Source: Nitrosopumilus sp.
GTDB lineage: Archaea; Thermoproteota; Nitrososphaeria; Nitrososphaerales; Nitrosopumilaceae
Length of the DNA stretch: 64,000 bases
Reading direction: 5' to 3'
Assembly (NCBI GenBank): GCA_965238275.1
Contig: OZ250186.1
Span: forward strand, 1,312,001-1,376,000
Shown: one piece after another, positions 41,366-50,552 of the stretch
Numbering within the stretch: position 1 is the first letter of the stretch
Layout: every line of letters starts with the position of its first letter
Notes under the pieces: generated by a model
The model's input: the letters and a program-made list of their open reading frames with translations, nothing else
What the model was told of the DNA's origin: nothing
The model's database searches: none
Made by a program: the position numbers and the translations under genes

Positions 41366-42751
41366 TCACTCGGCCTTGATCTTTTCTTTTTTTATCCAGG
41401 ACGTTCCTGATTTGTGATCCAGCAGCTCGATGCCCATCTCCGATATCTGGTCCCTGATCCTGTCTGCCTCGTCGTACCGCCCGGACTCCCTCAAATCCTT
41501 TCTCCTCTGAATCATCCTGTTGACTGATGCAATGTACTCTTCTGTCATCTCAGGTATGTCCAGACCCAGAATATCCATACAGTACCTCATCTCCGGCATC
41601 ATGACCTCTGATGCGCCCTGCGTCATCTGCCCGTCTGATGCCAGCCTGTTTACCTCCTTGATCATCTTGAAGAATGCAGATAATGCCTCATGCGTATTGA
41701 AATCCCCCTCCAGCGCGCGCGCAAACTCCCTCTTGCACTCCTGCGCCACCTGTCCTGCATCCCCGGCACCTCCTGCACGTGCCTGAACCAATTCATGCCA
41801 TGCCGCCTCCACCTGTCTCCACCTGGTCAGGCTCTCCTCAAGTAGCGCGCCGGTGTAGTCGATCGGCTTTGAATAGTGGCCTGACAGGCAGAACAGGCGT
41901 ATGGTGTTTGGGCCCCAGTCTTCCAGGACATGCCGGACCGTCTTTATGTTGTCCATGGACTTTGACATCTTGTCCCCGTTTATCGTAACCATTCCGACGT
42001 GCATCCACGCCCTTGCAAACCTGCCCTCTGAATACCCCTCCGACTGGGCTATCTCGTTTTCATGATGGGGAAATATCAGGTCCCTTCCGCCCCCGTGTAT
42101 GTCAAAGTCGGCGCCCAGGTACTTGGCGCTCATGGCAGAACACTCTATGTGCCATCCAGGACGGCCGCGCCCCCACGGGCTGTCCCATGCCGGCCCGTCG
42201 TCTGCAAACTTCCACAGTGCAAAATCCAGCGGATCGCGCTTGTCCTCGTCAATTCCCACCCTTGCCCCTGCCTGCAGGTCCTCTGTCCTCTTCTTGGAGA
42301 GCTTGCCATACCCTGCAAACCTGGAGACTGCAAAATAGACGCCGTTCCTGCTGGCGTACGCCATGCCCTTCTGGACCAGACCCCCGATAAGCTGAATCAT
42401 GTCTTCAATGTGCTCTGTGGCCTTTGGATACGCACGTGCCCTTTTGACGTTGAGTGCGTCAAAGTCCCTGTGGTAGTTTTGTATGTACCTCTCGGTAATC
42501 TCTGCTGCGGGCCTCTTCTCCATTCTGGCCCTGTCTATTATCTTGTCATCGACGTCTGTAAAGTTCTGCACCATGTCGACTGCATGGCCCACACTCTCCA
42601 GATACCTGCGCAGCACGTCAAAGACGATTATGGTCCTTGCATGCCCCACATGCGCCTCATCGTACACTGTCACCCCGCACAGGTATATCCTGATGCAGTC
42701 TCCAAATTCCATCTCCATGTCCTGCGCGGTGAGCGTATCTGATATTCTCAT
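41366..42751 (-). CDS. cysS: Cysteine--tRNA ligase
   Basis: CGVTVYD..HVGH, GRPGWHIECS, FPHHENE, KMSKS. Confidence 0.96.
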   Translation of the reverse strand: MRISDTLTAQDMEMEFGDCIRIYLCGVTVYDEAHVGHARTIIVFDVLRRYLESVGHAVDMVQNFTDVDDKIIDRARMEKRPAAEITERYIQNYHRDFDALNVKRARAYPKATEHIEDMIQLIGGLVQKGMAYASRNGVYFAVSRFAGYGKLSKKRTEDLQAGARVGIDEDKRDPLDFALWKFADDGPAWDSPWGRGRPGWHIECSAMSAKYLGADFDIHGGGRDLIFPHHENEIAQSEGYSEGRFARAWMHVGMVTINGDKMSKSMDNIKTVRHVLEDWGPNTIRLFCLSGHYSKPIDYTGALLEESLTRWRQVEAAWHELVQARAGGAGDAGQVAQECKREFARALEGDFNTHEALSAFFKMIKEVNRLASDGQMTQGASEVMMPEMRYCMDILGLDIPEMTEEYIASVNRMIQRRKDLRESGRYDEADRIRDQISEMGIELLDHKSGTSWIKKEKIKAE

Positions 42752-43128
42752 GACACCTATCGTGTCTGTTGCCTGAATAATTATTCCTTTTTGTCAAGGT
42801 TTTCCTGAAGGCTTTTCAAGAAAATACCATCGCAGGACGATGACTGCGTGGAAAAAGCCCGAGAGCAGACTACATGTTCTCGTTTTCCACCGTGAGGTAC
42901 TGGCAGGCAGTTCAAGACGGCAGACGAGACTGCAGACCTAGTCAGGGAAATGATCGAGACGGGCGAGATGGGGCCCGTCAAGCTCATGAAGTATCTTACC
43001 CCGTTGGGATTTTTACGGGAATTTTTGCGACAGGACCATTTGCCATGAGCCTCTTTGGCATGATTTCAGATGGGCTGCAGTGTCTGCGTCTGACCCCGAT
43101 TGGAAAATGAGCGAAACATTGTCCAGCA

Positions 43129-44437
43129 CTACACATAGGTATTCGGGATTATGATTATGCCGGTGTGAAGCAGGGCGACGACTTCACCCGACACGACTGT
43201 GGCGGCAGCTACAATTCCAAGCGCCTTTGCCGTTCCGAACACGTTTATCCTCTTTACTGCCCTTGTGGTCACAATCAGGATCCATATTCCAAGCAAGGCT
43301 GCGACTATATTGTGCAGAACGACGGGGGCATTGGAAAAGAATGATTGCATGGATGGTTCGTGGATGATTGTGTGATGCGACTCGAATGCCAGTATGGGGT
43401 CAGGCAGTAAAGGGCCGGGCAGTATGGGACCAATCAGCACCGGGATGTACAGCATGTGTGTGAAAGATTGCGACAAACGTCCTTTTCCAGTACCGGTTGC
43501 CGCCTAGCCTCCTTCCGACAACGTAAATTATCAAGGGCATGGCCGCGCTGCGCGCTAGGATTGTCACTACATGCCTCCGCAAATAGTCCGTGCCTGATAA
43601 ATCCAATTGCACGAAGGTAACGCCCGCCGATATGAAGATGATGCTCAAGATTGTCGCGAACAAGGACATGGCAACGACCCGCCCTACCTCGCCGGCAGAA
43701 TCATAGAGTGACTGGTGCCATGACCCCGCCGGCACAGTGCAGAACTCCTCATGGTCAAGGCTTGCTACCGTGTCATCGTAACCCTGTGAATAAAAAAAGT
43801 AATCCCGCGATTTATCGAGGCAGCCAATACCGTAGTGGTCCAGATCGGTTATTTCGCCGGTACACGCGTCGGCGCGAAAGTGAACCGTTGCCCTCTTTCC
43901 GTCCCAGGACGAGGCAGAAAATGTATAGGGAAACAAGGACGAATCCTCCTCCCGCCCGTCTTGCAGGGCTATCTTGATTGGGTAGCCAGAGTATTTCTCG
44001 ACAAACATCCCAAACAGCCCTGCCTGGCGTATTCCCTGAAGGTGGGCCGGAATGTTTTCTGCCAGGCCGCAGCCCTGAAATTTCCCATCAGCACTCTCCG
44101 CATTCCTGTCGAACGGGAAAAAACCCAAGGAGACCTCAGACGCTCTTATTCCAAGAGTGTCGCGTGTGGCATTGGCGATCCTATGCTGAAACAGCTCAGT
44201 CTGCTCGCCAAGCTTCTCCTGCTCGCCAAGCTTCTCCTGTTCGCCGTTTTGCCGGTAAATGACGGCCTGCTCGTTCATCCTTGAGAGTGCCTCACCGTGT
44301 GCCTCCGGTCTGGATTCCGATATGGCCAGATCCGCGGTCCTCTCCAAGGGCGTAACGTCTCCAACGGTGGCAGCGTATGCTGCAATGATGCACAAGCTCA
44401 AAGCCGCCATGATTCCCAAGACGGTGGGAATCTTCAC
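43129..44437 (-). pseudogene. Secreted domain + Yip1-like membrane domain, apparently frameshifted near 43450
   Basis: Overlapping ORFs 43400-44437 and 43129-43476; VGRRLGG and AVKRIN..GTAKA Yip1-like patterns; 18-bp tandem duplication 44201-44236. Confidence 0.55.
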
Positions 44438-44680
44438 CCGTTTGGATCACTGGCATTTGGTTCGTGGCGTCCTGAGACCGACACGTGGGTAAATCCGCGG
44501 ATAACCGGGTACTGCTGGCTTGCCGGGGGCTGCAATGCGCCGCCGCGATTGCGGCGCGCCGCAGGCCAATTCGTCAAAAGGCAGCCTTTGAATTGTAGTT
44601 CAGGCGCCCAAAAAAAGGGGCCCGAGCATCAGGCATGCAGAAACTGTAAACTATTAGAGGCAAAAATTCTAGATTCATTC

Positions 44681-44830
44681 TCATACATCTACCAAAATGT
44701 CTTCCACGATAATTCGGATCTGCTTGCCATCAAGATCATCCACGTTCTTGTGGAATCGTTTTGGGATAACGATCACTCTCATTTTTCCCTGGTGGGACAC
44801 CACGGATACAAAATCCAACACTTTATTCAT
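44681..44830 (-). CDS. 49-aa AbrB/MazE-like swapped-hairpin DNA-binding protein (not in the ORF track)
   Basis: Own translation MNKVLDFVSVVSHQGKMRVIVIPKRFHKNVDDLDGKQIRIIVEDILVDV. Confidence 0.6.
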   Translation of the reverse strand: MNKVLDFVSVVSHQGKMRVIVIPKRFHKNVDDLDGKQIRIIVEDILVDV

Positions 44831-44874
44831 GCTAGATATACACATTTACCTTTGATAAACATAGTTATATGGAT

Positions 44875-44924
44875 ATATGTATATATATAAATATCGATAT
44901 ATATACATATGAATATATACATAT
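44875..44924. promoter_or_regulatory. AT-rich inverted/direct repeats, candidate operator
   Basis: ATATGTATATATAT-8nt-ATATATATACATAT perfect 14-bp inverted repeat, plus another ATATATACATAT at 44913-24. Confidence 0.5.
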
Positions 44925-46060
44925 CAATTATATGGTTTAAGGATCATCCGTATAGACGCACGCTGCGAGGCTGCCACAAGCTGCATGGATCGAGGGATGC
45001 AGTAAAGCCATGTCTGACCGGCAGGCGTGCGCGGGCGGATCTGGCATGACTATGGAGCGATTGCTTGTTTTTCATGTGGTAATGCAAGACCCACACGCTC
45101 CATTTTTAACACCCAGAGTCTAATGATGACGAACACTTGGCGATCATAAGGAACGCGGCAAGATTAGGCGGTCCTGAAAAAACACATTTCCATCTACTGA
45201 CTGTCACCCAACGTTCAAGAGTCGCGGGGCCGTTGCTGTTGTTGCACGCAATGACCATTTTCAGACCGGATCCGGCCGTCTTTCTTGTAAAACATGGCAG
45301 GAAAAAACATTCCTTTGTTCATGAGCAGTCAGGGATATGGTGTTGGGCGTATCCCTGATGCATTCAAAACAGTTTCGAACCTAGTCCTCATCGTATGATG
45401 ATTCCCTTACCTTCTTGAGAATACAGTATCTCTTCAGCATGTCTCTTAGAGCCATCATGTTATATTCGTGGCTCTGATATATTTGAATTACGGGAGAATG
45501 CAGTCTGCAGACCGAAATGGACGCAGATTCTATCTGGCACACAATCTATAAAACCTCCATGCCCGCCCAATTTTTAATTGAAGGTCAAAAACATCTCCTC
45601 GACTTCTGCCCTGATAAACATGATGGCCGACGGGCAGGTGCATACAAGTGGTATTGCAAGAAGGTTTCTTGGTATGCTGGATCTGGATCCGGGAAGGGAA
45701 CTTTTTGAAAAATGCGTCAGTTACTGGCCCCATTACCACCATGTGGTAAAAAACAGAAAGTCATGCATCCTGAACCTGGCCTGCAGTGCAATTGCAAACG
45801 ACGGGATTGAACAGGTAGTCGTGCTGGGGGCAGGGCTTGATCCCCTCTCGCTGGAGATCCATGCACGCCATGCCGGCTGCAAAATATTCGAGATTGATGT
45901 TGCAAACATGGACACAAAAACTGCCATGCTGCAGTCCATCAGCCCATCAATCACCGACTTTATCAAGTGCAACACCCTTGACCTGTCCAATACCGATGCC
46001 ATCATGCCAAGCCTCCTGAAGTCCGGATGGAATCCTGACGCACCATCGCTTATGATCCTT

Positions 46061-47231
46061 AGACATAATCCGTAATTGGGTATAACCACACGATTGGACG
46101 CATTGCAGGACAAATCCGGTTGATTGCACGGAATTGCATGTCAATTCGAACTTACCCGATGATCAAAACTATACGTCAGCCGTGTTTTATTCTGATTGCC
46201 CATGTCAAAGCATGTCATTATACGACAAATTAGCAAAAAAGCCCAAACTGTTCATCCGGTGCACTGGACTGACAGTCTCCGAATTTAATTTGGTGGCAGG
46301 GCGGCTGGCAAAAAAATACCCCAGGGCAGAGCAAAAGCGACTCTCCAAAAGAAGCAGGGTGCGCGGCATTGGTGCCGGACGCAGGTGGAAACTGGATCTG
46401 AAAAACAGGTTTCTTCTGGTCCTGTTTTATTACAGGACATACGCCACACAGGATCTTCTTGCCATGGTGTTTCAGGTGGGCCAGGCTAGCGTGTCCCGCA
46501 GCATGGGGGCACTGGAGCCGTCGATCCGGCAGTGCGTTCCGCTTCCGTCAAAGATCTACGCCAGCATCAAGGCCACCAAGACGCTTGACGATCTTGAGGA
46601 GATCATTCCGGGCCTGACTGCCCTGATTGATGCCTCCGAGCAGCAGATACAACGTCCCGGGCGCAAGGACATGGAACGGTCCCACTACTCGGGCAAGGCA
46701 CACAGGCACACGTCCAAGGTCCAGTACACATCGGCCACGGACGGCCTCATCCTTCACAAGACCCGGCATTCCCCGGGCAGGATCCACGACTTTGCAGTAT
46801 TCAAAAAGAAACACCCGACATTCCCTGACAACCTTCCACGCAAGGACGGGAGCAAGGACAAGAAAAGGATCAAGGTCAGAGAGATCCTGGATGGCGGATA
46901 CCAGGGGATCAACAAGGAGTTTCCTGACCGGGATGCCGTAGTGCCGTACAAGAAGCAAAAAGGTGCAGAATTGTCCCCCGAGCAGAAGGAATTCAACAAA
47001 AAACACTCAAAGGTACGGGTGTATGTGGAGCACGCCATCCGCAGGGTCAAACGGTTTCGCATAATGGGCGGTGTCTACCGAAACCGCCTGAAAAAATATG
47101 ACACCATCAATGACATCGTTTGCGGATTTGCCAACCTCAGGGTTCTCCTAGTCCGGGAAGCAATCGGGTAGGAGTCAAAAACCTACACAATATAGGAAAA
47201 TATGCACAATTTCTAATTACGGATTATGTCT
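46061..47231 (+). mobile_element. IS5-family (ISL2-group-like) element
   Basis: Perfect 17-bp TIR AGACATAATCCGTAATT; 3-bp duplication CTT. Confidence 0.92.
46212..47171 (+). CDS. Transposase (HTH + DDE, IS5/ISL2-like)
   Basis: IDASEQ.IQRP, YSGK, HD, DGGYQG, RVYVEHAIRRVK. Confidence 0.9.
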   Translation: MSLYDKLAKKPKLFIRCTGLTVSEFNLVAGRLAKKYPRAEQKRLSKRSRVRGIGAGRRWKLDLKNRFLLVLFYYRTYATQDLLAMVFQVGQASVSRSMGALEPSIRQCVPLPSKIYASIKATKTLDDLEEIIPGLTALIDASEQQIQRPGRKDMERSHYSGKAHRHTSKVQYTSATDGLILHKTRHSPGRIHDFAVFKKKHPTFPDNLPRKDGSKDKKRIKVREILDGGYQGINKEFPDRDAVVPYKKQKGAELSPEQKEFNKKHSKVRVYVEHAIRRVKRFRIMGGVYRNRLKKYDTINDIVCGFANLRVLLVREAIG

Positions 47232-47892
47232 CTTGAAGGCATATCATACTATCTGGCAGCCGATGCCCTCTGGAAGACGATCGGCATACTAAAGAGCGCA
47301 TCCGGGGCAAACCGAATCATTCTGGAATATTTTGTCCCGTCAGAGAAGATCTCCAAGGACCGGCTGCCCATAGCACGGTATCCGTTTGATCTGATTGCCA
47401 GCGATGCTGGTATTGCACATATTACAAGATATGATGTCGATGACATCGCCGCCCGCGCAGAACGCCTTGGTGGTAAACTGCTCCAGCATTACGACATGGG
47501 TCGGATGGAACAGGAAAGAATGCCCGAATGTACACTGTTTAAAGCCCCCCAAAGCGGATGGATCGAGGTGTGCATGTTTTCCGTCTGATCCCGGACGGTT
47601 TCTGGAAACCCTGACGGATTATTCCGATACGGTGTATGCAGATATCCAATTTTTGTGGCGTCGTCATGAACGAGGCTACAAGAGAACTGCAGTGCATGGC
47701 CGGCATGCAAAAGACGGCAGACGGTTCTTTAGAGTATGTGATTGACTCAACACATCCGCATTTATCAGCAATTCCCAAGATATACAGAAGTATCTTGAAA
47801 ATGCGGTATTGAATTTTGAGACAAGAATTCCCTTTTCGCGCATGGCAGTTGAGACGGTATTGCTTTTTATTTGTCCCTTACAATTGTGCCGT

Positions 47893-48000
47893 ATGGAAGA
47901 TTTATTGGATGCGTCTTCAACCTTTATGACGCTAAATATAATACTTGGAGTTGTTGGAGGCGGTGCCCTGCTGGGAATCTATTTCTGGTTCAAGAGATGA
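47893..48000 (+). CDS. Putative 35-aa single-TM micropeptide
   Basis: MEDLLDASSTFMTLNIILGVVGGGALLGIYFWFKR; TTTTTATT about 25 bp upstream. Confidence 0.45.
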   Translation: MEDLLDASSTFMTLNIILGVVGGGALLGIYFWFKR

Positions 48001-48188
48001 CACGACAGATCGTATCCGGTCGGGGCTCCACAATTGATTCCAAAATTCAGTTAATAAAATCCATTTTTAGCGGAAGTATATTCGACTGAATATGTCCTTG
48101 ATTGACCATCTCATAGGGATTATGAAAAACATGGAAGAAAATCCCATGTGCGGGCAGTTAAAATTAAGTTTTCCTCAAGGGGAATAAT

Positions 48189-49694
48189 AGAAAATATGCG
48201 TAATCCGGAACTTTTTCAAACTTCGTTGACATGTTAGCCCTGCTGTCAAAAATTTATGATCCATTCAATTAAAACCAAAATATGCCGGTTCATACTGTTG
48301 TCGAATCAGGAAACAAGTGACCTGCAAAAAGAGAATAGGGTTCTCAGAGACATGATCAAGCGCCAGGACGCAGCTGCCAGGCACGAGCAAAGCCTGTGGA
48401 GCACGCGGGACGGCTCCGAGTCCGGAGCCGCAGGAGAGCCCGCCCTGCTGCATCGCGTGGAGGTCCTTGATGAGATCATCAGAGTCGGGAAAAATCTTCA
48501 TGACGCGGCGCTGAAGTGCAGGGAACAGTTCCAATACATGCTTGACAGGGCCGAGGCGTGGATAAGGCAAAGCGGCAAATCCCCGCTCTTCAGGAGTGAC
48601 GAGACGGGGGCGTCGGATCCCGGGAACCGCTGCAAGCTGTACCCAAGGCACGCGCTGCTCATGTCACTGATGTACAAAAAGGGCAACCCCACGCAGGGCG
48701 TGCTTGCGGCATTCTTTGGAATAGACCAGGCGACCGTGTCCCGGTATATCGATGTGCTAGACGGGGTGCTTGAGGCGGTGCTTGAGGCGGTGCTTGAGGC
48801 GGTGCTGCCCACCGCTACCAACATCTCAAAGGAGATAGCAGGCACGGAGACAAAAGAGGATCTCAAAAAAATAATTTCCGGGCCTGACGGGGGCATCATG
48901 ATGATCGACGGCACGCACTGCCCCATACAGAGGCCGGACGAAAAACAGATGAGGAGCATGATGTATTCTGGCAAGAAGAAGAAATTCACGCTCAACACCA
49001 CCGTGTGCATAAACGAAAACGGGGCGATAGTCGCCATATCCGGCAGCACCGTGGGATCCGTCCACGACATCACGCTGCTCAGGGAGAGCCCGCCGCCGTT
49101 TGGAAGATGGTGGGACCGCATGTGCGACGAGAACACCCCCGAAGAGGACAGGATCCACACCCTTACTGACCGCGGCTACAAGGGAATCGCAAAGGATCTG
49201 CCCGGCACAAGCACCCTGCAGCCGCACAAGAAGACCAAGAACCACAAGCGCTTTACAAAGGAGGAAAAGGAGCACAACCATAAAATCAACTCTGCCCGGG
49301 TAAAGGTGGAGCACTCCATCGGCAGGCTGAAGCGGTACGGCCGGCTTACCGCGCCATACAAAGGAAAGATTGGCGACTTTAACAGGGAATTTAACATAAT
49401 AGCCGGGCTTGTAAACCTGGACCTCGTGTGGAACTACCTGGAGAAGGGACCTCCTTCAGGCGGCACGCTGGGGCCGGTAATAAACTGGGAACAGGCAAAC
49501 GCCCCCGGCAGCGCCGTTTCAAACAATTAATCCCGTGCACGTCGTGGTGCTGCAAGGCTGCGCACGTTATTTCGTATTTCGGGCAGGACGGGTTCCCACA
49601 CGCTTGACATGACGGGAATTAAATCAGAATTTTTAATATTTTCCGGAATTTTCCGGTTTAATCCAGCGAAATGGGGGGATTACGCATAGCTTCT
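48189..49694 (+). mobile_element. Second IS5-family (ISL2-group-like) element
   Basis: TIR AGAAAATATGCGTAATCC / AGAAGCTATGCGTAATCC (16/18); 3-bp duplication AAT. Confidence 0.88.
48256..49530 (+). CDS. Transposase (IS5/ISL2-like) with N-terminal extension
   Basis: IDGTH.PIQRP, YSGKKK, HD, DRGYKG, RVKVEHSIGRLK; in-frame 12-bp repeat (VLEA)3 at 48765-48806. Confidence 0.88.
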   Translation: MIHSIKTKICRFILLSNQETSDLQKENRVLRDMIKRQDAAARHEQSLWSTRDGSESGAAGEPALLHRVEVLDEIIRVGKNLHDAALKCREQFQYMLDRAEAWIRQSGKSPLFRSDETGASDPGNRCKLYPRHALLMSLMYKKGNPTQGVLAAFFGIDQATVSRYIDVLDGVLEAVLEAVLEAVLPTATNISKEIAGTETKEDLKKIISGPDGGIMMIDGTHCPIQRPDEKQMRSMMYSGKKKKFTLNTTVCINENGAIVAISGSTVGSVHDITLLRESPPPFGRWWDRMCDENTPEEDRIHTLTDRGYKGIAKDLPGTSTLQPHKKTKNHKRFTKEEKEHNHKINSARVKVEHSIGRLKRYGRLTAPYKGKIGDFNREFNIIAGLVNLDLVWNYLEKGPPSGGTLGPVINWEQANAPGSAVSNN

Positions 49695-50221
49695 AATGTA
49701 AAACGGGGCTGGCTAACCGCGGAAAAGAACATCTAAAAGAGACAAAGCAAAAACTGGAAAAGGCAACAACACAGTCACAGGCAGGCATTTTTTATGCTGT
49801 AAAACGTATATATCTTAATGATCAAAAGAAATTATGGCATATGATTCTTATAAAGATGAAATAAAAAAAGCTAAAAATAAAATAGATTGTCTTAAAAAAT
49901 AATTATAGATCTTGAACAACATGAATTATATTCACTTGCCTCTGCTGCAAGAGATGAGTTGGAACGCGTAGAACAGGAACTTGATGATTTGGAATCATTA
50001 CGATAAAATATGATTGCCTCCGTGCTTTGGCAAGTTTGCGGGAGGTGGAAGGCATTAATATTTTTGTGATTTAATATCCAGTATGGCAGGCATGAAATTC
50101 CGGATCGGCTGGCCCTTCTCCCCCGAAACAACACATCCTGTGGGCATGTCCATTTTCTCCCAACTCGGAAGAAAATTCACGAGTCTGTGTACGAGCCAAC
50201 AGAACCGGCGCGGTACACCAA

Positions 50222-50359
50222 TCACATACTCTTTAGTATGTCATTGATGGCATCCGAGTAGCTGTAAGTCTTGTTGCTGCTCAGCATTACCTTTGCCTGG
50301 TGTTGTCGTACCTTCCGATCCAGATCATCATGGATCATGAATGTAACTCTTCTCCTCAT
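50222..50359 (-). CDS. 45-aa ribbon-helix-helix-like protein (not in the ORF track)
   Basis: Own translation MRRRVTFMIHDDLDRKVRQHQAKVMLSSNKTYSYSDAINDILKSM: beta strand, helix, S.S..IN..L helix. Confidence 0.65.
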   Translation of the reverse strand: MRRRVTFMIHDDLDRKVRQHQAKVMLSSNKTYSYSDAINDILKSM

Positions 50360-50552
50360 GCTATACATACGCTGTTTCATTATTTATACCGCAACATCCA
50401 TCTTTGATTATAACACTCATCCTGTGGGCTGCATAACGTCATTCATCACACTATTCATTATGGAGCGGGTTATGTTCGTGGTACCTAATGGGCATCCCAT
50501 GCGGCAGATTGTGTTACTCGGGTTTTGCCATACCATGAGTATGAGCCGGCAT

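Larger units (their letters stand above)
45578..47588 (+). pseudogene. Class I SAM methyltransferase (LCM/YktD-like) interrupted by an IS
   Basis: QVVVLGAGLD, FEID; removing the IS restores in-frame ...SLMILEGISYYL... Confidence 0.88.

Noticed and set aside
42771-44605. Possible TIR pair GCCTGAATAATTATTC / GAATTGTAGTTCAGGC around the Yip1-like region
   Set aside because: Only about 12/16 identical, no target duplication, and the left copy coincides with the likely cysS TATA region.
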